Origin: Utricularia gibba
Lineage: Eukaryota; Plantae; Magnoliophyta
Length of the DNA stretch: 64,000 nt
Assembly (NCBI GenBank): GCA_002189035.1
Contig: NEEC01000007.1
Coordinates: forward strand, 3,286,001-3,350,000
Direction: 5' to 3'
Position numbers and translations under genes: made by a program. This document shows, one piece after another, positions 24,750-37,839 of the stretch (position 1 is the stretch's first letter; every line of letters begins with the position of its first letter). Below the pieces are notes generated by a model. That model was not told where the DNA came from. It was given only the letters and a program-made list of their open reading frames with translations, and did not search any database.

Positions 24750-26380
24750 TCAGTTGTATTCATTGTTTAGACCAATCTTGAATTTTAGGAAATATCCCAA
24801 CTTTCTCTTTTCTTTCTGAATTCCTTCTTCTTTTAAGGCTTTGAGTTTTATCTTTGTTTCTATTCTTGCCTTGATTTGATTTGTTTATCATGAAATCTTG
24901 TATTCCTGCATAATTGAGATTAATAAGATCAGATGATGTAAGATTACTCCACATTGTAGAGGATCTTTATTACCAAGGATCAACATGTAGAAAGGTGCGG
25001 TGGATCAACTGGGCACCTTCTCAAGTAAAACTAGATGCATTAGTGCCCTTCCAATGAATAAGGAACTGAAAAAGAGGATGGTTGGGACAGGCAATGAGAC
25101 AATGATCCAAAATACAAATAGAACATGAATTAAAGGAGGCATCAATGGAGCAAGAGGGCAAAGTTGTTGATGGAATAAATTTTTGATTGATGCATTTGGT
25201 CAAAAGTGAGACATGAGATACTAGGTGCATCTTGCTGTCTAGGGGTAAAGCAAGGTGATAGCCTATAGTCTCAATCTTCTCCAAAACTAGATATGGTCCA
25301 AAATGTTGGCATGCCAATTTCAGATTCCAATGAACAGCCAAAAAATTTTGCTAATATGGTTACAACTTCAAGGAAACTTCATTTCGGAGCAATCTTGGTC
25401 AGCATAGAATTTCATTTTATTTTGTGCTTGTACCAAATATTGCTTAGGTGTGTTTATAAGTTGGAGATATTCTTCTAAGCTAGGTATAAGGGCCATGCTT
25501 GTGGACCCTAGCAGTGCTCTAAGCAGATGCGTTGAAAAGTAATCATATAATGCATTGTCTTGTACCTATTCTTATATTTTAGTAATCCATTCTGAAGGAT
25601 GAAATTATGGCGTGACAAAGGATCCTGAAGTTTGCCAATGTACACAACTTCTAATATTAGGTCGCTTTGTAGTTGAGTTGTAGTTCATTCAAACAATGAG
25701 ATTGTAAAATTGAAATGAAATGCACAAAAAGTATTTGTGAGATAACATAAGCCACCTTGTTTTCTTTCCCTTACTTATAGTGATTTCAAATTCAAAATTA
25801 GGAGTTTGCACATCCATTTTGTTTTCAAAGAATGTGCCTAATCCTTGTTCTTTTACAAAAGGGAATGCTATGTTGATTCATTTTGAATATAAAAGAATAT
25901 TCAATTAGGTAGTGTTTCCAATAAAATACTGCTTGAACAAGTATGATTAACTTTTTTTGATAAATAGATAATCTTTTATATTTCTCTCCCAAGGGCATTA
26001 ATTTGTCTCAACCAGTACATAGAATGGTTGATATTGCTAATCTTGATACTGACATCACTTAAAAGTATAATTAAAGAAATACATAGAATTTCAGGAAATA
26101 TCTCAACTTTCTCCTTTATTTTTGGATTTATTTTTCTTTATGGTTTTGGATTTCCTCTTTGTCCATGGTCTTGGCTAGATTTCATTTTTTTTCTTCATTA
26201 AATCTTGTCTTCCTATGAAATTCAAAATAATTAGATTAGATGGTGGTGCATGTATAACATTATCCCTCATTACAAAAAATCCTTGTCCCCAAGGATGAAG
26301 ATTTAAAAATTTGGGGTGGATCTATTAAGCATTTTCCAAGTAACAGTGGATGGCTGAGTGTACTCTCAATGGACAAGGAG
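24750..26380 (-). mobile_element. Two degenerate Ty3/gypsy (chromovirus-like) 3'-end remnants
   Basis: FGPYLVLEKIETIGYHLALP...MHLVSHVSLL and FLIHWKG at 25021-25341. Segments ~24770-25000 and ~26090-26350 are diverged copies of each other. Boundaries approximate. Confidence 0.65.
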
Positions 26381-27079
26381 ATGATAAGAATAGTGATGAT
26401 AATTTATTAGTGATATTTTGTATATCCGTTTCAATTATAATGATGTTTATATTGATGATAATTTATAGCATCAATATGCTCAACAAACTGATACATCATT
26501 GCTAGCTATAAACATATACTAATCAATCATCAGAAGTAACATTAACAATAGTTATTAAAATTGCCAAAGATCTGGATGAAAATTGAAAGTTTCTATTGTT
26601 AATAGGCTTTTTTCTGATTATAATATTCTTTTAAATTTCCTTATTTCATAAATTTAACATTTTGATATAGTGTTTGGGTACAAAGACTATTACAGTCATT
26701 TGGCAAGTGATAAATTTATTAGTTTATATTATAGCATTAATATATCTAGTAGTAAAATTAAATATTTTTAGTATGATTTCCAATATTTTGTTACTTTTAA
26801 TATTCTTTATATTTTATGTATAAAAATGGAATCGATAACTTAATTTACCTTCATTTTTAATGTTTATTTGATAAGTATTAATAGTATCTTCTTGGGGCAA
26901 ATAGAGTTTAATTTATATGTATAAAATTGTAAGATCCAAGTGCGAGGAAGAGGCATAATAGATTAGTTCCAATACTTATCGTCTCAAGGCCTTCTTGTGT
27001 CATGAGGCGGGTTCGGGAGACTTATGTGCAGTGGGACTACACACCAAGACCAGACACACATTTATTGGGAGCCCCAGAT

Positions 27080-27443
27080 GCTGACGAGTGATAATATACA
27101 AATTTTTATGTTTTTAGTCTATAAAAATTATTATCTTATATTATGATTTGAATGTTTATTATATTATTTTAAGTGTTTTTTTATAGTTTATGGATAATTA
27201 TAACTTTAAGTGTATTTGATTTATTCCATCAGTTACTAACCAATTTTGAATGCAGCAGAAAAGTCGTAAAACCAAGGCCGAACATGAATTTAGCATAGCC
27301 ATCAGTCAATAGGACACACAGCACGAAGGGGAGACAATTGAGTATAATTTTTACCGCATCAGAGTGTAGGTCAGAAATCGTACTTGTGTTGGAAAAGCTA
27401 GTAGCCACTAGCAGCCTATCTAACTTTTACCAACTCATCCACT
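27080..27443 (+). mobile_element. Probable Athila-type LTR fragment, cut by the Mutator insertion
   Basis: Begins TGACGAGTGATAATATAC and continues as an AT-rich tract typical of Athila LTR 5' ends. No coding sequence. Confidence 0.4.
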
Positions 27444-27538
27444 GGAAAAATCAATATAAATAATATTGTTTATTAAAATCATTATATTAATAATGTTATG
27501 CGTCATTACTAGTGGCGCTTTGATATTTGCAATGAATG

Positions 27539-27680
27539 GCTCCATCAGCAATGGTGCCTTAGAGAAAGCTCCATCATTGATGGTGCCTTAGAGAAGGCTC
27601 CATCATTGATGGCGCCTTAGGTAACACTCCGTTCGTGATAGCGCCTTAGATAAGGCACCATACGTGATGGTGCTTTAGAT
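27539..27680. repeat. 29-bp tandem repeat x5, each unit a short palindrome (GCTCCATCATTGATGGTGC), subterminal to the MULE
   Basis: Unit starts at 27539, 27568, 27597, 27626 and 27655. Related palindromes (GCGCCATCAGTGATGGTGC) occur at 32950-33060 near the other TIR. Confidence 0.85.
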
Positions 27681-28218
27681 CTACTAAGTCCATACTTCTC
27701 CTTCTATATATATCTCACATCTTCATAAATTTTTTCATTCATCTTCAAAGTTGAGTAAAATCTGAGTTGAAGAAAATTTTGGTAATATCGTTTTTTCATT
27801 TTATAGTATTATTTATTTAGAATTTTTATATTTCATAATAATTGATTACATATATTTATTTTATCATTTCAGAATGGATAAATATACTAGCGATTTTTTT
27901 GATTTTTTGGGAATGCCATCTGATTTGCCCTACAATGAGGGTGAAAGTTCGCATACTCCGTCATGGTCTTGCACCAATATGCCAAATGTTAATTATGGAG
28001 GTACTTATTTTATTACACATGTTAAGACATCCATTTTTTTATATTTGTAATAATTAATTGTATTGTAGGTGTATCTCCGAGTCTTCAATTATCATTATCT
28101 TTAAACCATGATAACAGTCCAAGTGTGAACGTGGCTGAAGGATTCCCCATAGAAGGTAATTTTAGTGAGATTAAGTCTTAATATATGAAATTATTATCAT
28201 TAATTGTTTTTTTAAGAT

Positions 28219-30243
28219 ATGGTCGACCTTGATGATGACGGTGGAGACACCGACTCGAGTGAGGATTCTGAAGCCCCACCAACAAATGTTTGTGAGGACG
28301 AAGCACCAGAGACCGGAATTGAGGCACCTCGTGCAGTACAATTGCCCGGATCTCGCTCTCGACGATTCTCTGGGGTGTTTCGTGAGGGAGGAATACCCTC
28401 TATCCAAAACAATCCGGTAAACACTTTCGTATCCGAAGAATTTAAATATGGTGGCAAATATAGGCGATAAATTGGGAATTGCATTTACTAGTAAAGTTCT
28501 GCCCACTATCATATAAAACGAGGATATGAATTCATTGTTCCTATTAGTCAGCCCACATTCTGGGAGGGCAAATGTGCTCGTGCTAACATGGATCCTAAGT
28601 GTTATTGGCGCATAAGGATTATGCGATCTGCACGTGATGGAGTTTGGTAAGTATCGGTCTATGACTTTCCACATACTTGCATGACATATATGGATGGAGC
28701 GCAACATCGCAACCTTTCTGGTTTATTCATTGGATATGAACTTATGCATACTGCACATAGAGGAGGTATAGTTTAAATATTTCTTAATTTTTTTAACATA
28801 GTTTATATTTTTAATAACTTTTCTTTTTTGTAGAGATTAAGGTTGCAGATGCTCGAAAATGTATTTTTGAGAAATATCAAAAGAAGATTACTTATGAACG
28901 TGCGTGGTAAGGTGCTCAACTTGCTTTTGAGTTGGTCTATGGAACATGGGAATCATCAGTGCAAAAACTACCTGCATTATTTTTGTCAATCACGCAAGCC
29001 AATCCGGGTACAGTGGTCTCATGAGACTGCTTTCCCACTATTACAGGAGATGATCATAAAATCATGCACTATGTTTTTTGGGCCTACGATCCCTTTATTC
29101 GAGCATTCAAGTTTTGCAGGCCTATTGTTATGATTGATGCCACCTTTTTATATGGACGTTATGACCACAAGTTGCTCGTGGCCACTACTAAGGATCGAGG
29201 TGGTCACATCCTACCATTAGCTTGTGCATTTGTCGACAAGGAGAGTAGAGATGCATATCTTTGGTTTATTGATTTGCTAGATGAGCATTTTTTTTGTTGA
29301 GGCCAGGGTAGTATAATCTCGGATAGAGCTGCAGGCATCCTTGCAGCTGTGAGGAATTACGTTGGGTTTCAAGAAGGCCGTCTGACCCACTTTTGGTGTT
29401 TGCGTCATTATGTTTCCAACTTCAACAAGAAGTTTGGAAGCAAAATACTTAAGCAAATGGCTTACAACGCCGGAGCAACATGTGATCCAAGAAAGATGAT
29501 GATGTACCTCGAACAAAAGAAAAATCCAATGGCTTATGCATGGTTCTTTGAGCCGGAAAATGGTCCATATGAGAGATGGGCACTCTCATATGATTCTGGC
29601 AGACGCTACGGGAATCTAACTTCTAATGCAACAGAGATCATGAACAACGTTCTCAAGGTTTGCCGTCGGTTTCCCTCAGATACAATTGTTGAGACTACGT
29701 TGTACAAGTCAGCTACCATCCTCCGCGAGCGTAAAGTGGAGATCACCTCGAAGACAGAAAACCACCAGGTATTATGTTTGAGGTTACTTAATTTCGAATA
29801 TTTTTAATGTTTTATTATTTTACTTTATGTATAGCACTTGTTATCTGTGTGTGGAGGCGCTCTCAGATGAGGCAAAACGTTTTTGGGATAGAGCACGTGA
29901 ACGAGCTAAGACACACAAGGTGCGTCAATTCGAGACGGCGAATATGTCATTTCAGATTGAAGTCGTCAGCCGTGGGAAAGGGAGACGCTATCGTTATAGA
30001 GTGATGCTTTGTGATCAAACTTGTAGTTGCGGAAAGTGGACTAAGTATGGTGTTCCATGCTCTCATGTTGTTGCTGCTGCTGAAGAGGTTTTCAATCCTC
30101 TTGACTCTGATACCTATGTCCCTTACCCGGGCTGGACCATATACCATGATCCTACACGCCGTCGGACTATTGTTGGCAGACAACGTCGCACAAGAATACA
30201 CAACGAGATGGATTGGGGAGTGAATCCACCACCAGCAGAATAG
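28219..30243 (+). pseudogene. mudrA: MuDRA-like transposase, disrupted by several stops
   Basis: MULE domain (FWAYDPFIRAFKFCRPIVMIDATFLYGRY...LPLACAFVDKES, FWCLRHYVSNF, TSNATEIMNNVLK) and SWIM finger CSCGKWTKYGVPCSH. In-frame stops near 28468, 28488-28492, 28648 and 29298. Start approximate. Confidence 0.88.
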
Positions 30244-30378
30244 TCTGATAAATTTGGTTTTTTATGGTTTGAACTTTGATTAATTGCTAGTTGGAGTTAT
30301 TTATTTTGGATATTTTATTTATTGTTGTTTTCAAACTACTTTCATAAAAATAGCTTATTCGATAACAACAAAACACAT

Positions 30379-32422
30379 CTACTCATGCCTACGCTGCCGT
30401 GATGATGATGGACGGGTCGCATCATGTGGACCACTATATGGTGGTGGAAATGGGAATCTCCAATACCCATGTCCCCTCCTAGCACTAGACTGGCTCGATC
30501 CTGCATGGGGCATCATGAATTCTGAGTAAGGAGGCGGCCAAGGATATGACGGAGTCATAGCTAAGAGTGGTGGTCGCATATAGGAAGAAGGAGCCTCGCA
30601 TGTTGATGGTCTACTCGTTGGTGCCGCATACTGCTGAAGCAACTCTGCATTGAAATCCTCATATGCTTGGTCCATGTGGACCTGTGCAGGGTCATCATCA
30701 CTAGGTAGCGGTGAGTGATGTGCCACGAGTGACTGGCTCCATCCAAGCTGTTGGCTAAGACCCTCATATGCCCATGTTGCTTCTTGATCCTCAGCACGAA
30801 ATCTATCTAGCTGTGCGACCTGAAAACAAACAAGATATCAGAAATAAGTTGACACGATCTAACTCATATTTGCACAAAGGATTATTTTACCGCATAAGCT
30901 ATCGGCTCTGCATCTCCACCTCGATATCCATCACCCTTCTCTCGTCTTCTTCCAAGATACAACAATGCATGCGGCCTATACCAAGTCATGTACGCCGCCT
31001 CAGACACTGTAGGGATGTCATACATCTGGAGAATGTGAGTGTGCCTAGATGTCCACAAAGCTATACGTGCAGCATGCTCCAACGTCCAATCAGTATCGTA
31101 GGAGTCTTTGGTAAACTTATGTTCTGCAGGATATCGATCTGGAGGGAGTGGAATAACACGGCCACATCCAAATTGACGAGAAACTCGATCAGGGCACTGG
31201 GGCTCCACTCGAGATGCATATATCATCGGACCGGCATACTGCCAAAGCATAGGATCACATTCCGGAACACACATTAAACGTATATCCTCGTAAGGAGTCC
31301 ACTCAAACTGTCCAAGAAACAATGAAATGTCTGTCATGACAATATCCACGGTTCAACGAAAAATAAATTTATATGAAAACAATGTACCTCGTCATCCCCG
31401 CAAACCAAATCAAGTGTGTCACAGATTGGTTCTAACTTGTGGGAGACCACATTTGAGTGGTCGAGCCAACCTTCAAACCTCCAACCATTCACGGACGGTT
31501 TAAACCCCTCGCCCTCCCAATATACATCATGTGGGAAATGACGCTTCAGTATAGGACGTAGAGATGAGATCTGAGTATATGCCCACAGCTGCATAAAAAA
31601 CATTATAATATGATAAATTTTAACGTATATAATACTAATAGGGAAATCAAGAAATTGAACCTGAAGAAGACGATGGGCACCACCCATTGTAACTCGCCTA
31701 AGCGCACACAAATCAAGCTCGCGATATAAATTCGCTAGGACAGTTGTCCCCCAACTAGTAGTCATCCAACGATCTTGATCTGCCATCCAATCAAGGACAC
31801 TTAACTTGGCACGGTTACCGGTGGAATCCTGGAAAAAAACCCCACAACAGACTAATAGTACCATCGCACGAGCAAAACGTACAACTTCCTCCTCAAGAGT
31901 CTCCGCTGTGATACCAATATATGTATCATCAATGTATGTCTGAAGACCAGTCATAATGAACTGTGAATCACCAACAATGAAGGTCTCCTCAGGCTCCCAT
32001 CCAAAGTGTTCGACACATAGTTCATGCCATTCCTGTGTTGTGCGTTTTGTGCGAGTGTGAACCATCGGTATACCATCAATACGAAGACCCCACAGCATAG
32101 AAACATCTTGGAAAGTGATCGTGGCCTCTCCACATGGTAAGAAGAAGGTGTGCGTCTCTGGACGCCATCTCTCAACTAAAGGTGTGAGTAAATTGGGGTC
32201 TGGTTCCATTCGTAATGTCTTAAGAACTCCATAAAAACTCCAATCATCAAGATATCTTGCAGTCCTCTCCTCCCATGATCTGCCTGCCAGGAATTTGTAG
32301 CTATGTTTGAATTGCATCGTTTTACGATCTGATCCCTGTAATAGACCATAAGTAATGTGTTGTTGCTGCATATCCAATAGGATCGGATCCTCAGGACCAT
32401 GAACTCTTAAACGTGACGACAT
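30379..32422 (-). CDS. Plant Mobile Domain (aminotransferase-like, MAIN/MAIL-related) protein, 4 exons, 606 aa, apparently intact
   Basis: Exons 32422-31661, 31588-31388, 31307-30891, 30819-30379, with phase-0 GT-AG introns and no stop or frameshift. PMD motifs LVERWRPETHTFFLPCGEATIT, WGLRIDG, SWGTTVLANLY, LLQLWAY, FEWTPY and PDRVSRQFG. Confidence 0.88.
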
Positions 32423-33164
32423 GTCAATCTACAAAAAAAACATTACATATTTGACAAGAAATAATATAATAAATTAAATATATTATTCAATAATAAAAAC
32501 ATATTATTCATAAAAAAAATCTTACGTCAACGTACAAAAAAATGTAAAACAAATTGATAAATATCATATATGTAATAAAAAAATCATGACAAATTAATAA
32601 AGAAAATTATTAATCAAACAATAAAAAAATTAAATAACTAACTTAATTATTTTCCTGCAATCAAAAAATTAAAATATCAAAACTTGCGAATATATAAAAA
32701 ATTCATAGTCTTACCCTTGTAATCAAAATGTTTTTTGATCACAATTTACACTTGTAGAATATGAAGAACGCTCATGGTATTTATAAGGAGAATGTACCAA
32801 TAGAACAAGTGAGCGTGCTTGAGGAATGGAAGGGTATTTATAAGGAGAATGTAGTGAGCGTGCTTGAGTAATGGAAGGGGAGCATGGGCTCCTGCCATTG
32901 AGAGTACCGAGGGGAATGGAAGGGGAGTGGGCTCCTGCAATTGGGAGCACCAAGGCGCCATCAGTGATGGTGCTATGCTGTATGCACTTGGAGGCACCAT
33001 CAGTGATGGCGTTCTTTAGCATACGGTTCCTAAAGCGCCATCAATAATGGTGTGATAAACAAAGCGCCACTACTAATCACATATACTATTATTAATATAT
33101 TGTATTTAATAAATAATATTATTTATATTACTTTTTCCTCACCCCCTACACATTATAGGTATAT

Positions 33165-35860
33165 GACAACTAGAAGGAAATGTTTAATCTCATGTAATCA
33201 TGGATCCTTTTGAAAAATATATAATAATAAGGCATTTATTGAAGGAAAGACACGTTCACACGATACACCAACATATCATTTATTGACCCAAGCTCCATGC
33301 ACATGAATAGTGGGAAATAGGACAACTGGACAACTCAGCGAGTTTGGGTGGAGGGAGAGTCATCTACATCCTCTTGGCCTATGAACAAAAGTAAGGAAAA
33401 TTAGTGCTCATGTCTCTAAGGCTGTATGAATGGAAGAATTGTGTGATACCAAATCACATTGCCTCCGGGTATCTGTGGCCACATCAGCTTGGACCCATAC
33501 CAAGGAAGGTTTTATTCCTAGGGCTCCTTAAGAGAGAAAAACACTGACATGGATGCAACACACTACACGTATAGACGCGAACCCCCCCAAAAACCGTACA
33601 TGCGATTCTCACTGCATACGGCTCGCACAAAGACTCCTAAATCCTTCACAGCATCCACCTGCTATGTGTTTAGCGGAGAGAGTATAAACAAACCATCCAT
33701 CGCGCGTTGTCTAACTCCTGCATTCCAGCAGTAGGCCTTCAATTGGTCCCTCTCTCCAATCCTTGATCAAACTTGTGGGGGCGGGAGTGCTTGGTTGCTG
33801 GGGTTTCCTTTTCTGCACTATGGTTTTGCCCTCTCACACTCCCCCATTCCGACCTCTGGCCTTCAATTGGTCCATAGTGCCTTGGTCTAACATTTTGTTA
33901 TGAACTGGCTGGACAAAGATGAATTGAAAGATGGATGGTTTGAAAAGCTTGACCGTTATGCATCCTAAGGTTAATGAGTGAGCTCTACCATAGTTCTCTT
34001 ACCTTAAGCTGATAGGTTCGTATCTCCTATGAACATGATATTATCAAACCATAGAAAACGAAGCTTTTCTCCAACCTCTCCTCCTGATCCATCTTACCCA
34101 CCCTCGTTCCCCTCTTGAATACTCACTTCTCCTTCTCCTCTTTATGCTAACCTCTTCTTTGGCTGTCAGGTGTATACAATGGGTCCATCCTTTTGTAGAT
34201 ATGAGAGTTACGAATTAGTCACTAATACTCTCAAATCATATTTCAACTACTTCCTCAATTTATGCCACCTCCCATATATACCCTAACTTCATTCCTACTT
34301 TGCACTAATTCTACCTTACTTCTTGGGAGACCTAGTCCCTTGCACAACTGCAACTTAGAATAAAGTTTCGTCCTGAAACTTACATACCTTCTAAATTGTG
34401 TAACACTTTAGGGAATGTCCTAGTGATATCCTCCAGCTTTTCCAATGTCACTTCCTTCTCCTTTTATTAAGTCCATTGAATTTTAACTAAAGCCACCTCC
34501 CATCTCCCCATTTTGACTATCTTCTCCTGCAACACCCTATCTGGTACCTCTGGGTAGGATAGGTTCTTGGCCAATTCAATTGATTCCAATCCCAAGACAT
34601 GCTGCACATGCTTTCTGAGTTGTGAAACGTGAAAAACATCATGCAATGCTGCCAACCACTGTGGTAACATTATTTTATATGCTATCGTCCCATGTTTGGC
34701 CAAAATGTCATAGGGCCTATGTACCATGGTCCCAACTTCTTCTTACCACTAACCCTAATTATGCCTTTTACTTTGACATCTTTAGAAACACCTTATCTCC
34801 TACTTCAAACTCCAAGAGCCTTCTCCCTTTATCCGCCCAATTTTTTTATCGATCTTGAGCTTCTTTCAATCACTGCCAAATGGTTCTAACATTATCCTCC
34901 GCATTGCTTACTAAGTCTTGTCCTAGTAGCTATCTTTCCCCTACCGAGTTTCTATAAAAGGGGGTTCTATATTGTTGCCCATAGAGTGCTTAGTACAGAG
35001 CCATTCCGATACTAGCATGATAACTGTTGTTGTAGGAAAATTCAGCCCAAAGGAAGATACCTCTCCCAATCGGCAGGAAAATCTAGTAAGCATGCCCTCA
35101 ACATATCCTTGAGTACTTGTATTGTCTACTCCAATTGCTCATCGATCTAGGGGTGATGAGCTATGCTCATGTTTATCCTTGTTCCAAGTACTTTTTGAAA
35201 GGTCTTCCGAAAATGAGATTGAAACTTCCCATCCAAATCGGAGACAATGCTAATCGAAATCCCATGCAAACATATTATTTTTCAAGTGCTTTTTGAAAGA
35301 TTCATCATGTTTCCTTATGGGCACCTCTAATGGTTGTAGTAGCCTGCTCGATCTTTGGTATTCTGCTTATACCTTTGACAAGTTAGGCATCTCACCATAG
35401 CCTTTGTTACATCTGTTTTCATCCCCAACTACTAAAATGTGAGTTTGAGGTCTCTATGTATCTTATTCTCCCTTGGGTGTATTGTCAACTTAGAACAATG
35501 AGCCTCTTCTAACAACCTGGCATGTAGCCCTCCTCCTTTAGGTACCCAAATTCTATCGTTGAGTCAAATCATATCATTCGTATCTATGCTAAATGCTATC
35601 CCTTTGTTCGTCGTTAGGGCCTTCCATTTTCCCGCTAAAGGGTCGTTCTTTTGTTCCTGCTTGATGGTTGTAATTAACTCTAGTTTGGCTTGCATAAGGT
35701 TGAGGACTCTCCCTCTTTCTTGTTAGTCCATATTCCAATTTCTGTATTTCATGATGCCACCCATCTTGTTCCTATCATTTCTGTTCATACCTCCTCTTGC
35801 TTTGTGCATCTGCTACCATATTGACATGTCCTGGTTTGTATTTTATTTCTAAATCATAGT
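33165..35860 (-). mobile_element. Degenerate Ty3/gypsy (Tekay-like) integrase-chromodomain plus 3' LTR
   Basis: GTIAYKIMLP...LHDVFHVSQLRK...VKIQWT at 34467-34727, with integrase debris to ~35800. The non-coding 33165-34150 region matches 53010-53620. Confidence 0.7.
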
Positions 35861-35869
35861 CCTTGTTAA

Positions 35870-37839
35870 GTGTCATTTTCTTATGTTGTTTTTATGCTTA
35901 ATTGTAATTAGAAATGTCCAATTAGGAGTCTATAATATGAGATTTAGGTTTTTATCTAGTTTAGAGTAATTATCCTAAATCTTGTATTTTATCTATTAAT
36001 TTTACTAGTTTTAATTGAGTTTTTCTAGAGGCACACACGTGACAGGAAGTGAGAGAAAGGGGCATCAGATGGCGACAAATTAGATCTTCCCGAGCTGACA
36101 TTCCCTTGATTTCCGGAAGACTGCAGACGCCTAATCATGAACCTTGACGTGTGGAACACGGGGGTCTCTGACATGCAACATCATTAGCATACCAGTATCA
36201 GAGCAGACGTTTGCTTGCAAGTCATACCAAGTTCAGCAGAACCAAGGGGACACGAAATCTCAGACTCTCATTCAAGTTCAGTTCTATTCAGATGCTAGAC
36301 AGGCAGTAGTTAGTTTAGTTTTTAGACTTTTGTTTCTTTCTCTAGAGGATTTTCCTCTAGCTTCTCTCTAGAACCTTGTTTTCGTTTCCTTTAGTTTGTA
36401 TGGCCGTTTCGCGGCTAGAAACTTTTGTTTTTGGGATGGAAAACCCCAGATCTATGTTTCGTTAGCTTATCTTCATCTCTTCTTTGAATTCGAATGGGTT
36501 TCGTATGTCTTCGCGTGACTATGTTGTAGTCTTTCTGTAAGAGTCCCCTTATTCAAGATTCATGGTTAGCTGGTCACTATCCGTAAGTCTTGGAGAGGAG
36601 CAAGGTGGAAAGCAACAACTCATGCCCTTTTGGCAGGAGGAAGACTACGTTTTGTCTGTGGCCGTACCTCAGGATCAATGGACAGGTAGTGACGTCGTAT
36701 ATGGACTCATTGGGTCATTGGCAATACTCGGGCACACACGCGCAATTTGGCCGTGAAAGTACACTGGCAGGACCTCTTATTCTCACGTTCGTCCAAGGAG
36801 GAGCAAGATCGGGCTATTCTCATGCCTTCTTGCAAGAGAGTGAAGAGAGGGTAGACAATACCTTACTCTTATATCCGAGTACTCAAGAAGACTAGAGAAG
36901 AGTGAAGATGCAACGAACATAGCTAGACAGGATTCCAAACTCAGGAACATTTTCTTTATTTAAGGTTCATCGCTTACGTTTATTTTTGTTGTCTGTTCAA
37001 AACCCCTCTTATTCCCTTACTCAAGCTTCATCACCAACGTTTCTTGCACCTTTTACTTTCAAAACAGTTTACAAATCGTGACAATTGTTCAGTGTACCTC
37101 ACCTTTCACTCAAAAACAACTCCCTGTATTCAACACAAATACTACGCTTTTGTGTTTTATGAGTTTTAAAAGTATTAAAATTTGTTGTTGAAACGACACG
37201 CATCAAATTTTTGGCGCCGTTGCCAGGGAGTTGAATTTTTTGTGTTTGGTGTTGTGTGTGTGAGTATCGTTTTTCTTTTTTCCTTTTTTTAGTTTTCTTT
37301 TCTTTTTCTTCTTTCTTTTTGTTTTTCTTTCTTTTCCTTGTTGTTTCTTTTCCTTGTTTCCGTTGCTGCTCTGTTTTTCTCTTTTTATGCAGCCAGGTCC
37401 AGCAAGGGTTCGTCCAAGTCTTAGATCTTACCGAGAAGTTCTATATCCTTTGGACCAAGGGGTGGAACAAACCTTTCTTTCTAAAAAAAGAGAACAGACA
37501 TCCTGTTCAACCACTAGAGACATCATGGCAGCACATATACCCATTGGAGTACCAGTAGTACCTGAGCCCCAGGGAGAACAACCTCAAGGAAATTTTCCAG
37601 TACTACTCCCCGCTAAACATGGACCAGCACTACAGACCATCAAGGATGGAATCACTGCAAATCACTCAAACCGTCCCTTATGCATCATCTTTGATGGAGA
37701 AGAAGACTATGAGCTACGTCCTTACTTATTCCAGATGCTTCCAAAGTTTGTTAGAAGGGAAAATGACGACCCTAATCGTCATCTACATGAGTTGCACACG
37801 GCTTGTGCATCCATGCGCCCCAAGGGAGCCACTGAATGT
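35870..37839 (+). mobile_element. Athila-type Ty3/gypsy 5' LTR, PBS and truncated gag
   Basis: LTR ends ...GACACGCATCA at 37205. PBS TGGCGCCGTTGCCAGGGA at 37212-37229 (tRNA-Asp type, typical of Athila). gag from ATG 37525 (YELRPYLFQMLPKF...DDPNRHLHEL) breaks off at ~37840. LTR start approximate. Confidence 0.8.

Larger units (their letters stand above)
27444..33138. mobile_element. Mutator/MULE element, 5.7 kb, carrying mudrA-like transposase (+) and a convergent PMD gene (-)
   Basis: TIRs of ~75 bp: left GGAAAAATCAATATAAATAATATTG...TAGTGGCGCTTTG; right reverse complement GGAAAAAGTAATATAAATAATATTA...TAGTGGCGCTTTG. Imperfect 9-bp TSD TCATCCACT (27435-27443) / TCACCCCCT (33139-33147). Confidence 0.92.

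Noticed and set aside
31334-32422. 362-aa single-exon PMD ORF
   Set aside because: It reads through a stop-free 72-nt intron and into intron 2. The spliced 4-exon model restores conserved motifs (LLQ|LWAY, E|FEWTPY).
32810-32875. GTGAGCGTGCTTGAG repeats resembling the 5S rRNA A-box (Cassandra-like)
   Set aside because: Similarity is limited to ~12 nt, with no intermediate element or C-box. They are part of the MULE subterminal repeats.
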